NCBI RefSeq assembly: GCF_963921235.1
Contig: NC_086097.1
Location: 58,840,001-58,904,000 of the forward strand
From: Mobula hypostoma
Lineage: Eukaryota
Reading direction: 5' to 3'
DNA length: 64,000 bases
Part shown: in pieces, positions 47,363 to 60,295 of the stretch
How the letters are laid out: every line of letters starts with the position of its first letter
How positions within the stretch are numbered: the first letter of the stretch is position 1
Program-made: the position numbers and the translations under genes
The notes under the pieces: generated by a model
What the model was told of the DNA's origin: nothing
Seen by the model: only the letters and a program-made list of their open reading frames with translations
Databases searched by the model: none

Positions 47363-48330
47363 CAGTGCCTATTAAAAGTATTCACCCCCCCCCAGGAAGT
47401 TTTCATGTTTTATTGTTTTATAACATTGAATCACAGTGGATTTGATTTGACACTGATCAACAGAAAAAGACTCTTTTGTGTCAAAGTGAAAACAGAGCTC
47501 TACACAGTAATCTAAACTGATTACAAATATAAAACACAAAATAATTGATTGTGTAAGTATTTATTCCCCCCCCCCCAATATGACACACCAAATCATCACT
47601 GGTTCAGCCAGTTGATTTTAGAAGTCGCATAATTAGTTAAATGGAGATCACTGTGCGCAGTCATGGTAAAAATATGCCTGCATCTGGAAGGTCCAACTGC
47701 TAGTGAGTCAGACTCCTGACAAAAACTTCACCATGAAGACAAAAGAATACTCCAAGAAATTCCGTGAAAAGGTTATTGAAAAGCACGTCAGGAGATGGAT
47801 ACAAGAAAATTTCCAAGTCACTTAGAGTACAGTTAACTCATTCATCAAGAAATGGAAAGAATATGGCACAGCTGTACGTCTGCCTAGATCAGGCTGTCCT
47901 CAAAAACTGAGTGACTCTGTAAGAAAAGAGGAGCTACAAGCTTCAGTGGCTGAGGTGGGAGAGACTGTGCATACAACAACGGTTGCCCGGGTGCTTCACC
48001 AGTCACATTTATGGGAAAGTGGCAAAGAGAAAGCCACTATTGAAAATAACTCATATGAAATCTTAGCTAGAGTTTGCCAGAAGGCATGTGGAAGACTCTG
48101 AAGTCAGCTGGAAGAAGGTTCTATGATCAGATGAAACCAAAATTGAGCTTTCTGGCCACCAGGCTAAATGCTATGTTTGGCGTAAAACATCGTACATCAT
48201 CAAAAACACACCATCCCTACCGTGAAACATGGTGGTGGCTGCATCATGCTGTGGGGATGCTTCACTGCAACAGGCTCTGGAAGGCTTGTGAAGATCTTGC
48301 AAATTACAGAGAAATCCTGGAGGAAAACCA
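47363..48330 (+). mobile_element. Tc1 DNA transposon, left TIR and partial transposase, right end lost
   Basis: TA|cagtgcctattaaaagtattcacccccc TIR with an inner DR near 47555; MKTKEYSKKFREKVIEKH from 47733; [15 protein letters not shown] near 48220. Confidence 0.9.
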
Positions 48331-48730
48331 GAGTACGATACCAAGTTGTCAAGTGAGGTCAATTGCGCGCGCAGAGCTGCATCCAAAATGGCAGTGGTGA
48401 AGCACGTTTCCTTGAAGCAAAGTGCACAACAGTCCCTGATATTCCTCTGGTACACCAATCTTGCTCTGAGGTCTTCTATTTTATTTTCCAGAGATAGTAC
48501 TTTTATCACCAGTATGGTCAGGAGTGGGGTCTAAGACCTCTACATTTCAATCATGCCTATAGCCCTACTTCCAGTTTCTTAAAGGAGAACTGCACTCATG
48601 ACCTGAGGCTACAATCTACAGTTCATCAATTTAAAGGATTGGTAGATTTTTTAAAATGTCCTAAAACGATGTTACTTATCCGTGGCTGTGACCGTGGATT
48701 TCAGATGTAGTAGTCCTAAATGGGAATGTT

Positions 48731-49505
48731 TTCAACAGGTACATTCAATGTCAGAGAAATGTATACAATACACATCCTGAATTTTTTTTTCTTTGCAAAC
48801 ATCCATGAAAACAGAGGAGTGTCCCAAAGAATGAATGACAATTAAATGTTAGAACCTCAAAGCCCCCACCCCCAGCTCCCCCCTCCCATGCATAAGCAGC
48901 AGCAAAGCGACAACCCCCTCCCCCACCAGCAAAAAAGCATCGGCACCTCCACCGAGCACGCAAGCGTGCAGCAAGCGTGCAGCAGGCATCAATAAAGTCA
49001 CAGACTTGCAGTACCCCAAAGACAACTCATTCACTTGGTAATTTGATATACCATAGGATCTCTTTCTCCCTGATATACTATGGGATCTCTTTCTCCCCAT
49101 TTCACAGTGAGAGGGGAGACATAAGTTGCCAATTTATGATTTTAAAAGTCTGTTGTGTCACTTTTCCGAGCTCTATGCCCAAAGAACTTGGGTCTCTAAG
49201 CACACAGCCAGCAGCAAGCTCGCTGCTTTTGACCTTATATCTCCCACGATGCACCAGATGGTGGCACCAACCTCGAGTCTTCTAGGCCGTGTCATTGGCA
49301 TATTGAAAAACGGCCAGTCATGAGACCCTGAGAGCGGGTCCCATTTCCGTAAAGAACCAAAGTCAGCATGTAACTCCAGGTCAGGGTCTTCAAAAAAACC
49401 TTGAAAAGGGAAAATAGAGATATTAAAGATAGAATTAGAGCTGTTTCTGAAGATGCAAGCAAAGGAGTCGCAGTTAGGCGCCATCGTCCTCATAAGCTCC
49501 GCCCC
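48731..49505 (-). mobile_element. Non-coding retroposon family A
   Basis: Reverse-complement homolog of 18441-19212; begins ggggcggagc...gatggcgcctaa on the minus strand. Confidence 0.8.
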
Positions 49506-49624
49506 CAATGGACCTGCATGCAAAAAGTCACCACCTATCGATGCCAGCTTGGAAGATTAAATCTTTCAATCCCGAAAATTGCTCCACAATTCCACTTTTG
49601 TACTTTTTACATGCATTTCAAAGA

Positions 49625-50150
49625 AGGCAGGTCAGTGGCTCTAGCTCATTAGGAATTTGAGGACATTAGCTCTGTCACAAAAGACTCTTGTAAGTTTCTA
49701 TATATGCATGCTGGAGAGTATTTTGACTGGTTGCATTGGAATCTCCAATGCACAAGAACACAAGAAGCTGCAGAGGGTTGTACACTCAGCCTTTTCAATT
49801 AAGGGCACAATTCTTCCCATCAGTGAGTACATTTTCAAGAGGTGGTGCCTCAAGAGGGCAGCATCCATCAACTGGGATATGCCTTCTTCATGTTACTATC
49901 ATCAGGGAGAAGGGAAAAGAGCCCAAAGAGCAATACTCAAATGATCTAGAACAGCTTCTTCCCCTTCATCATCAGATTTCTGAATGGTCCATGAATATGT
50001 GAACACTACCTCAACATTCACCTTTTGCTCTATGTCTTTATTTTGTACCTATAGTAATTTTTATGTCTTGCACTCTAATGCTGCAAACGCCCCCCCCAAT
50101 AAATTTCACTACGAATGTCAGTGATAATAAATTTGATTCTGATTCTAATG
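49625..50150 (+). mobile_element. Rex1/Babar 3' fragment
   Basis: FYICMLESILTGCI...HKKLQRVVHSA; tail gataataaatttgattctgattct. Confidence 0.8.
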
Positions 50151-50264
50151 TCCTGATTTGTTCTCTACACAAACAGAACATAAGCAACTCCCAATTTTAT
50201 GCCATTTATCAGGGCTTAGCTCCAGCCAAGCTATTTCTAAATGTTGACTTTCCATTCTCTTCTC

Positions 50265-50662
50265 TCTCACTGTTCCTATCAGGAAGGTGATACTGGAGCC
50301 ACAGGACTCTCAAAACCAGGTTCAAGAACAGTTATTACCCTTCAACCATCAGGCTCTTGAACCAAAGGGGATAATTTCATTTGCCCCATCACTGAAATGT
50401 TGGACTCACTTTCAAGGACTCTTCATCTCATGCTCTTGGTATTTATTGCTTATTTATTTGTTGTTATTTCTTTCTTTTTGTATTTGCACTGCTTGTTATC
50501 TTTTGCACACTGGTTGAACATCCAGTTGACGTGGTCTTTTATTGATTCTATTATGGTTATTATTCTGTTATGAACATTGAGAATGCCACTAGAAAATGAA
50601 TTGCAGGGTTGTATATGGTGACATATATGTACTTTGATAATAATTGATTTTGAACTTTGAAC
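50265..50662 (+). mobile_element. Rex1/Babar 3' end fragment
   Basis: ctatcaggaagg...accaggttcaagaacagttattacccttcaaccatcaggctcttgaac; tail tttgaactttgaa. Confidence 0.7.
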
Positions 50663-51439
50663 AGAGGTACTTTCTGTCCACTGTCTTTACCCCAATGTAG
50701 ATCATAGCTGTTCTCATTCCTTTCCCACCTCTTTGAAAAGTCAAGTATCCTAGAATACTTAGGTCACCACTGTGGAGTCACATTATGTAATGGCTACTAG
50801 AGTAATAAAAACTACAGATTCTGGAAAACTGAAAAATGCAGAAATTGTTGGAAACACTCAGCAAGTCAGGCAGTGTCTGAATACAGAAAAGAGTTCATAT
50901 TTTAGGCCGCGGACAATTCACCTGGAACCTGAAATGGCTATTTTTTTTGGTCATTGCATTGGATTTAATCCACTAAGTGCCATATGTAATTTTAATCTTC
51001 TGGTTGTGAACGTTCTGTCCGTTTACTACACTGTAGGTAGCCCCTTTAATATAAACTTTTTCTTGATGTTGCAGTAGTTACTGATACCCCTTTATCTTCA
51101 TTAAGGTTTCTGTACCTTGCAACCCACTTCGATTACTTTATTCATTCTGATACACTGTTGCACAGCCTAGATTTATTACTATTATTTTTTAATTTGGACT
51201 TTTCTTCCCGTCTTCATCAATTTAAATTTCTATCTTCATAGTTCATTTGCTTTCCAGGACACTTCCCTGAAGTGGATTCCATTTTAATAAAATAGTTCCC
51301 TCTATCACCAGTGTTCCAGAAATCATACGTCCTCCTAAACTACACCACACCATACCACACTTTTAGCCTTGTATTTAATGTAGTGGTTTGATTATGGGTA
51401 CACTTTTATTTGCCTCATGGGAAATGATTAATCCGTGTG

Positions 51440-51815
51440 GAGGAAGTTGGGGGGGGGACATCGTTGAGCAATACAAAATTATGAAGGTTACAGATAGAAT
51501 GGACTGCATGAATCTTTTCCCCTTATCAGAGGTGAATAAAACTAGAGGACCAAAGTTTAGGGGAATGGGTAAGAGATTAGTTGGGATTTAAGGGGAATCT
51601 TTCAAACTTAGAGAATGTTAAATACCCAGAATGCACTGCTTGACAGAATCTAGGAAGCATTGTCACTGACAGCTTTTAGATGAGCATTTGCCCTGTCTAG
51701 GCATTGGAGGTTAAAGGCCAAGAGCTGGAATACAGGATCAGTACAAAGGTGTGCCCACTTTGTTGGCATGGATGCATTGGGTTGATTGGCTAGCTTCCAT
51801 GCTGTACGACTCTGA
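51440..51815 (+). mobile_element. Old CR1 3' fragment
   Basis: GDIVEQYKIMKVTDRMDCMNLFPLSEVNKTRGPKFR. Confidence 0.7.
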
Positions 51816-52822
51816 CTGTTTTATCATCTTTGAAAATGCTGTGTTTAGATTTTCCATAATTTGGCTGTTTTTAGTACTTCATCCTATTTTCATCATTGGA
51901 AACCACATAAAACTCAACAATTAAAACATTCCCACTGCCTTCAAGTTACTTTCAGCCCTAGAAAGCCTTTGCCACTGCCACATCTCCCCCTCCTTCCTCC
52001 ACAGTTTGAAGTACCTCTTCTACCAACCTCTTGTGGTCATGGTTTTGATACGTGAATATATTGTATGTTTAGTGTTAGACACCAAAGAAGAATTCCTCCA
52101 TCAAATGACCTTTTTTTGGTCTTAAAACAAAACGTGAGTTTATTTATTCTTTGGTCTAGAGTGAGAAAAAGTATTTATATTTCAACAAGTTAAAAAAAAC
52201 TGAAGAGGCTTTCACAAAATATGGCTACAGTCCCATCCAGGTGAAAATCAATTGTAAAACTTCCCTCATTGTTCTGTACAGAGTTTAAACACCTGATGTA
52301 TGATGTGAACAAAAACCTAAAGAAAATTGCCCCAAAGGCATCCAATAGATTTTTGAGGAGTGGTCTTGCCCCTACTACTTTGATTTTAAATTAATCTGAA
52401 TATTGAAGGAGATAGGAATTAAACCTGCAAAAATTCATAAACTCAACAATAATTGGTAGATATTAAATTATGAGGTCTACTTTACTTCAGAGATATTATG
52501 TGATATTATTATCAAAATATGCTTGCACTGAAGATTCACAGCTCATCATGTGAATCCCTGCCATACCTTCTTATGTCTAGAGTTCCCATACTGCTAGTCT
52601 TCACAGCAGTATGTCAAATAGTTGCTATATTAGAGATCAAGTTGAGACCTTGATATGGATCCGCAAGGCAAAGGTGAGGAGATTTTAAATTCACTAAGCG
52701 GGCTTTCATGGAAGGTGAGAAGCTCCTAGTCCCTTAGGCAACAACTGTTCTTCCATGATATGCTCCCCTGTTGGAAAGAATAATTATCTTTAGAATTTAA
52801 AATAAGAGAACAGTCTTGATCC

Positions 52823-53010
52823 TGGCACAATAGCACAGCAGAAGTGCTGCTAGCCCGCAGCTCCAGACATCAGAGTTCAATCCTGACCCTCGGGCACTGT
52901 GCGCCTGCACTGTGCATGGGTTTTTCTGGATGTTTTAGTTTGCTTTCACATCCTAAAGATGTGATGGTTAACTAGTCAATTGGCTACTGTATATTGCCTC
53001 ATAGTATAGG
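52823..53010 (+). mobile_element. tRNA-derived V-SINE/HE1-like SINE
   Basis: ggcacaatagcacagc head, B-box-like gagttcaatcc, V-domain-like tgcatgggtttttctggatg...cacatcctaaagatgtg. Confidence 0.65.
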
Positions 53011-53106
53011 TCAATAGTGAAATAATCATATGTTGCGAAATTTGTTGTTCTGTGGTAGCATAGAGTGCAATGCATAAAAATGACGATAAGTTACAATACA
53101 AATATA

Positions 53107-54076
53107 GATCACAAAATCGTAATATATACCTTTGGCTTTCCAAATAGGCTTGATCCATAATAGAGGGTTGAAAAACAAATTAGATATAATAGGACTTGCT
53201 AGAATAAATTGATTCAACCCAAAAAATTTTCAAAATTGAAACCATATTCGTAAAGTATATTGGATTATCCATTTGTTTATGCAATTTAGAGAGAGCAAAG
53301 GGAAGCGAAGTCCCTAAGATAGAACCCAGTGAAAACCCTTGTACAGATTTACATTCAAGATTTACCCAATGTAAACTTGAAATTATGTCCAAGTCCCATG
53401 TTCAAAATGTTAAGTATCGAATATTAATTGCCCAATAGTAAAATCTAAAATTTGGCAATGCCAGACCACCCTCCTTTTTTGACTTCTGTAAATATCTTTT
53501 ACCTAACCTAGGATTTTTATTCTGCCATATATACGAAGAGATTTTAGAATTAACATTATCAAAAAAGGATTTTTTTGGTTTTCATTTCATTGGTTCTCTC
53601 AAATTATGTTGTGTTTAAATTTAGAAAAAAATTAGAAGTGTCATTTATGATCCTTCTATTAAATTCGAAAAGACTTGGAGGCCATTTATTCAACACTTCC
53701 ATATGACGTAATTTGACCTTTGCCAAACCTATTCTTTTTTTTCCAAATATATGGAGAGAGGAGTGGAGTTAATGACACTAATGGTTCTATTTGACGTTAA
53801 ACAACAGCCCATGTCTTTTTCTTTTCTTTAGTTGAGTTGATTAGCATTGTGTAGATTTTTTTGTGGGGTACTTGGTTTTTTTCTTTTTTCATGCTACTTC
53901 TGCTTTTTTTGTATATTATATTCGTATTTTGTACGATTTTGGGAGGTTTAATACCCGTGTGCCAACTGAGTTATATTTATATATGCTAATTATTAACAAT
54001 GTAATCCAAATAGCTTTGTATTAATACTAAGTTATGTTTAACATTTTGATATTAATAAAAAGATTGAAAAAGGAAA
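53107..54076 (+). mobile_element. L1 LINE with 5' inversion
   Basis: Minus strand 53107-53575 encodes SFFDNVNSKISSYIWQNKNPRL...GGLALPNFRFYYWA. Plus strand 53580-53711 encodes LNLEKIRS...FEKTWRPFIQHFHMT*, then a 3' UTR, aataaa and an A-rich tail. TSD acaaatata. Confidence 0.85.
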
Positions 54077-54409
54077 ACAAATATATAAATGAAACCCTGC
54101 TGGTTTCCCCGGCTGCGTAAGTCTAGGGAATGCACACTCCAGTCTCACCAAACCCTTGAGATTGAGATGGCTCTCACACCCCAAACCCCGGTTTGCGTGG
54201 GTGCTGTGTAATTTGCTGCCTTGTTACAGCTCGTTGCCAAGAAATAGCAGACTGCACATTGCATATGATTAAAGGAATTATATTCATGAATCTTAACTTA
54301 ACTAAAGGGTTAATAAAGAAATGAAGAACACCAAAAAGGGTCCATTATAATTAAGCAATCAAATGTTGGAGCTCAACTCTTCCAAAAGTCACACATATTC
54401 ACCGACCCT

Positions 54410-56030
54410 CGGTTTCAGGGCGATGCATCCTGTGTGGCATGGGTGCTCAAGTGAATGTGCTGCCAGCATCGTCTATTGATGAGAAGGCAAAAAGTGACAA
54501 AACTTCACTGGAGGCCTTCAATGGCAGCAGGGTCCAGTCTTACAGAACACAACAGGTAATGCTCTTGTTCAGTGGATGATGTTACACATGGAATTTCTTC
54601 CTGGCTAAAGTGGCTAGACTTCTGCTCAGTATAGATTTCCTGTGCGCCCAAGGATTGTCAATCGATCTTAAGAACTGCTGATTTGTGGATGTCAAGGTTC
54701 GTTACCCTACTCCCCAAGTAAGTTCCCCACAACGACTCTGTCAAGCGCATGCTTCACCGCATGTGAGTTTACTTGACTGCTGGGTGAATTCCAAATTCAG
54801 CAAGTCCACATTCTCCACTACAGTCACAAATTATGGGGTCAAGCACTACACTTCCTCAAATGGCCTGCCAGTCCGTACCCACGTGTGTAGACTGGACCCA
54901 GAAAAGTTGACAAACGTGAAGGTTGAGTTTGCCAACATGGAAAGACTTGGCATTGTACACTGGTCAAATAGCCCCTGGACTTCACCCCTCCATATCATCC
55001 CTAAGTCCAATGGTAATTGCGGCTCATGTTGCAATTACCAAAGCCTTAGAGAGGTTACCACCCCCAATTGTTACCCAGTTCCACAAATCCAAGACCTTTT
55101 TCACCCACTCCCCAAAGCAGTCATAGACATTGCTACTGAGGCTTCAGACTATGCTGTGGGTGCTGTGCACAATCATTTGGTTGGAGACATGTGACAGTCA
55201 CTTGCCTTCTTCAGTCAGCAACTCTGTCTCCCCAAAAGGAAATAGTGCACATTTGATCGTGAGCTGTCTCTATCCGGCTGTCCGCCAATTTTGCTTTTTT
55301 CTAGGTCACCGTTTCAGTGTTCATTGACCACAAGCCCCTCGTGCACACAATGGCTAAAGTATCAGACCTTTGGTCTGCACAGCAGTAATGCCACCTCGCC
55401 TACACAAGAGTTTGCAACTGATATACAATAGATCAACGGGAAGGTTAAAGTCCTGGCTGATTGCCTCTCACGGCCAGCCATTGAACCCATACACATAGGG
55501 GTTGACTGTGCCGGCAAGGCAGCAGACCAAGTTACTGACCTAGGGGTCCAGGCTTACAGAACAGCAGTCACAGGCCTGCTGTTGGCTGACGTTAAGTTTG
55601 GGGAAGCTGGGGTTTCTCTCCCGTGTGATGTCTCAACTGATCAACCTTGCCCCATAGTGCTTGCAAATTAGAGGTGGACTGTTTTTACTGTGTACATGTC
55701 CTTTCACAACCGGGCCGGAATACCTCACAGAAACTGATTGCACCAAAGTTTGTGTGGCACAGCCTTAGAAAGGACATGCATGACTGGACTGCAGCCTGTG
55801 TGGAGTGCCAGTGGGCAAAATTAATCGTCATACCCAGGCACCATTGGCCCCTTTTGAGGTCCCTGAGTGACAGTTTGATCATGTCAATGTGGACCTTCTC
55901 ACCAGGTGGCCACGGGTTATCCCACCAGCATCTATGATGGCTGCTCATGTGGCACAGACATTTATCAGTACCTGAGTTGCTTAGTTGGCACTCCATCTCA
56001 TATTTCCTCTGACTGCAGTTCCCAATTGAT
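54410..56030 (+). mobile_element. Degenerate Gypsy pol (protease, RT start, RNase H, integrase zinc finger), internally deleted
   Basis: Protease-like GAQVNVLPAS; RT NSPWTSPLHIIPK...YPVPQIQD joined to RNase H IATEASDYAVGAV; integrase HVLSQPG...KFVWHSLRKD...ACVECQ. Confidence 0.85.
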
Positions 56031-58298
56031 GTGGAGACCGATGCTTTGCACACGTTGGGGAGAAGAGTTTAACAAAGCAGTGTATTGCAGGGCTTAGCGC
56101 ATTAGTGGCCGACCAATCGGTTCACGATTCAATAGCAGGAGCAAATAAAAGTAAAGCACAGTCAAAGCAGAGCGGCCATTGTGTGAGTGGACCAGTGTAG
56201 GAGTGGGAACTTGAGGCTTTGGCGAGGAGGCACAGGTAAGTAGCAGGTAAGACTTTTGTAGTGGGTGAATAAAAAGTCACGATATTACAGCTAATTAAAT
56301 GCAGTAGGGATGATGCAGGATCAGGTGATGTGCTGTAGCTGCATGATGTGGGAGCTGGTGGACCCATTGTGGTTCCTGGTCACCACATCTGCAGCAAATG
56401 TCGGCTGTTTGAGGAACTCAGCTTCAACGTTGATGACCTGGAATCTGAACTCCAAACACTGGGAGGGGGAGGGTTAACCTGATTCTCTGTTTCAGGAGGT
56501 AGTCACACCTATTAGATTAGCAGCCTCAAATTTGGTCTGTGGTCAGGGGCAAGAGGGTGTGACTGCGAATGGGGAGGGTACTGGGATCCAAGAGACAGTG
56601 CTGGAGGAGTCTCAGCCCTTGAGTTTGTCCAACAGGTTTGAGATTCTTGCTCCCTGTGTGGATGAGAGTTGGGGCTGTAGGAAGGATGAGACACTAGAGC
56701 AACCAAACTGTGGCACTGTAGATCAGGGAGCTATTCAAGAGGGGAGAGAGAAGAGAAATGTGGTGGTAATTGGGGATAGCGTAGTCAGGGGAATAGACAG
56801 AGTTCTCTGTTGCAAGGATAGAGTGTTCCGAAGGCTGTGTGCCTGCCTAGTTCCCAGGTTCAGTACATCTTATGTGACTTGCAGAGGAATTTGCAGTGGG
56901 AGGGGAAAGATCCGGTTGTCGTGGTCCATTTGGGTACCAATGACATGGTAAAATGAGGAAAGAGGTTCTGCAGAGGAAATTTGAGCAGCTAGGGATTAAA
57001 TTAAAAAGCAGGACTAAAAAGGTAGTAATCTTTGGATTACTACCTGAGCCATGTGCAAATTAGCACAGGGTCAAGAAGATTAGAGAATTAAATGCGTGGC
57101 TCAGGGATTGATGTGGGAGAAGTGGGTTTGAATTCATGGAAAATTGGCACCAGTATTGGGAAAGGAGGGAGCTGTACCAATGGGATGGGCTCCACCTGAA
57201 CCGTGACAGGACCTGGATCCTGGTGAATCACATAACTGAGGTTGTGGATCGGGCTTTAAACTAAATAGTAGGGGGTGGGTTCAACAGATTGGAGAAGTAT
57301 GGATAAAGTAAAAAAAGAAATGTGTGGATAATGATAAAGAAAGAGCAAAAGATAAAAAAAGAGAACATTAAGAGTGGAGTGAAGAAAAGTCAAGTGCAAA
57401 AGAGTAAAAGATTGCAAGATCTTAAAAGCACAATGAGTGTAAGGACACTTTATTTGAATGCCCGTAGTATTCAAAACAAAGTCAGTGAACTTGTGACACA
57501 AATCAGTACAAAGGGATATGATTTAGTGGCCATTACAAAGACATGGTTTCAGGGTGGAGAGGATTGGAAATTAAATATCCGAGGATATCAGGTAATTCGG
57601 AAGAATAGGCAGGAAGGCGAGGGAGGTGGGGTTGCGCTCTTAATTAAAGATGAGATCAGGGCGATAGTGAGAGATGATATAAGATCTAGGGAACAGAATG
57701 TTGAATCTATCTGGGTTGAAATTAGGAACCATAAAGGGGAAAAAATCACTAGTGGGAGTAGTCTATCAGCCACCAAATAATAACATTACACTGGCACAGG
57801 TAATAAACAGAAATATCTGACGCATGTAAGAATGGAACAGCAGTTATCATGGGGAACTTTACCTTGCACATAGATTGGGTGAATCAAGTTGGTCGAGGCA
57901 GTTTTGAGGAGGTCTTCATAGAATGCGTGCGTGATGGCTTTCTTGACCAGCATGCTACTGAACCTATCAGAGAATATGCTATCTTAGATCCAGTGCAATG
58001 AGACAGGTAAAATTTGTGATCTTGTAGTTAGAGATCCTCTTGGAAAGAGTGATCACAGAATGACTGAGTTGCTCATACAAATGGGAGGGTGCAACAGTTC
58101 GATCTAAAACCAATGCTTTATGCCTAAACAATGGAGACTACAATGGGATGAGGGAGGATTTGGCTAGTGCAGACTGGAAAATACAGGCTCTACGATGGGA
58201 CAGTTGAGGAACAGTGGAAGACATTCCAAGAGGTTTTTCAGAGTGCTCAACAAAAGTATATTCCAGGTAAAAGCAAGGACAGTAAGGGAGGGGAGAGT

Positions 58299-58844
58299 GC
58301 ACAATCCTGATTAGATGGAGACAGCTGTGAGAAGCACAGAGGAACACCTGGAGAAACTCCTGAAATGCCCACTTCACTGCCGCTGCTACTGTGCGATCAA
58401 GAATCTCCGGAGGGGAAGTCCCCAAATCCTCGGCTTTGCCTGTTGCCGGGGCCGGGGTCGAAGCGCTCGGCAGAGATGGTGCTTGGTGCTCAGTGTCGGA
58501 GAGCTGGTCGGAGGCTCGGAGTTTTCAGACGGACTCGGAGTTGGACTGTGGTTGGATGCTGCATCAGCAAGTTTGCAGCGCTGGAGGTTCACCGTCTGTG
58601 TGAGATGATGGGACTTTCAAGAGGCTTTGAGACTTTTTACTGTGCCCATGGTCTGTTCTTCATCAAATTACAGTATTGCTTTGCACTGTTGTAACTGTAT
58701 GTTAGAATTATGTGGTTTTTGTCAGTTTTTCAGTCAGTTTATCATGTGTTTCTGTGATATCATTCTGGAGAAACATTGTATCATTTCTTAATGCATGCTT
58801 TATTAAATGACAATAAAAGGACTGTGCGTCCTAGAAATCTAAAA
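58299..58844 (+). mobile_element. Family B retroposon, 5'-truncated, with ~47-bp TSD
   Basis: Colinear with 28674-29262; flanking direct repeat at 58252-58298 and 58845-58891. Confidence 0.88.
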
Positions 58845-58969
58845 AAAAGTATATTCCAGTTAAAAGCAAGGACAGTAACGGAGGGGAGGGTCAGCCTTGG
58901 ATACCCAAGGAAATTAAAGAAGGCATCAAATTAAAAGCTTGTGCATACAAAGTAGTGGGAAACTGAAAG

Positions 58970-60295
58970 ATAGAAACATAGAAACATAGAAAATAGGTGC
59001 AGGAGTAGGCCATTCGGCCCTTCGAGCCTGCACCGCCATTTATTATGATCATGGCTGATCATTCAACTCAGAACCCCGCCCCAGCCTTCCCTCCATACCC
59101 CCTGACCCCTGTAGCCACAAGGGCCATATCTAACTCCCTCTTAAACATCGCCAATGAACTGGCCTCAACAGTTTGCTGTGGCAGAGAATTCCACAGATTC
59201 ACCACTCTCTGTGTGAAGAAGTTTTTCCTAATCTCGGTCCTAAAAGGCTTCCCCTCTATCCTCAAACTGTGACCCCTCGTTCTGGACTTCCCCAACATCG
59301 GGAACAATCTTCCTGCATCTAGCCTGTCCAATCCCTTTAGGATCTTATACGTTTCAATCAGATCCCCCCTCAATCTTCTAAATTCCAACGAGTACAAGCC
59401 CAGTTCATCCAGTGTTTCTTCATATGAAAGTCCTGCCATCCCAGGAATCAATCTAGTGAACCTTCTTTGTACTCCCTCTATGGCAAAGATGTCTTTCCTC
59501 AGATTAGGGGACCAAAACTGCACACAATACTCCAGGTGTGGTCTCACCAAGGCCTTGTACAACTGCAGTAGTACCTCCCTGCTCCTGTACTCGAATCCTT
59601 TCGCTATAAATGCCAGCATACCATTCGCCTTTTTCACCGCCTGCTGTACCTGCATGCCCACTTTCAATGACTGGTGTATAATGACACCAAGGTCTCGTTG
59701 CACCTCCCCTTTTCCTAATTGGCCACCATTCAGATAATAATCTGTTTTCCTATTTTTGCCACCAAAGTGGATAACTTCACATTTATCCACATTAAATTGC
59801 ATCTGCCATGAGTTTGCCCACTCACCCAACCTATCCAAGTCACCCTGCATCCTCTTAGCATCCTCCTCACTGCTAACACTGCCACCCAGCTTCGTGTCAT
59901 CCGCAAACTTGGAGATGCTGCATTTAATTCCCTCATCCAAGTCATTAATATATATTGTAAACAACTGGGGTCCCAGCACTGAGCCTTGCGGTACCCCACT
60001 AGTCACCGCCTGCCATTCTGAAAAGGTCCCCTTTATTCCCACTCTTTGCTTCCTGTCTGCTAACCAATTCTCCACCCTCACCAATACCTTACCCCCAATA
60101 CCGTGTGCTTTAAGTTTGCACACTAATCTCCTATGTGGGACCTTGTCAAAAGCCTTTTGAAAATCCAAATATACCACATCCACTGGTTCTCCCCTATCCA
60201 CTCTACTAGTTACATCCTCAAAAAATTCTATGAGATTCGTCAGACATGATTTTCCTTTCACAAATCCATGCTGACTTTGTCCGATCATTTCTCCG
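58970..60295 (-). mobile_element. Young CR1, 5'-truncated, uninterrupted RT C-half (ORF 59068-60309)
   Basis: 413-aa ORF with [24 protein letters not shown]; (gaaacata)n tail on +. Confidence 0.95.

Larger units (their letters stand above)
45085..49550 (-). mobile_element. Near full-length degenerate Rex1/Babar LINE with nested Tc1 and family A insertions
   Basis: 3' tail rc of atcagaatcaggtttaat; RT YIRLLFIDSSSVFNTIIP and [14 protein letters not shown] start SLENKIEDLRARLVYQRNIRDCCALCF near 48500; 5'-end-like aagctggc near 49545. Confidence 0.85.
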
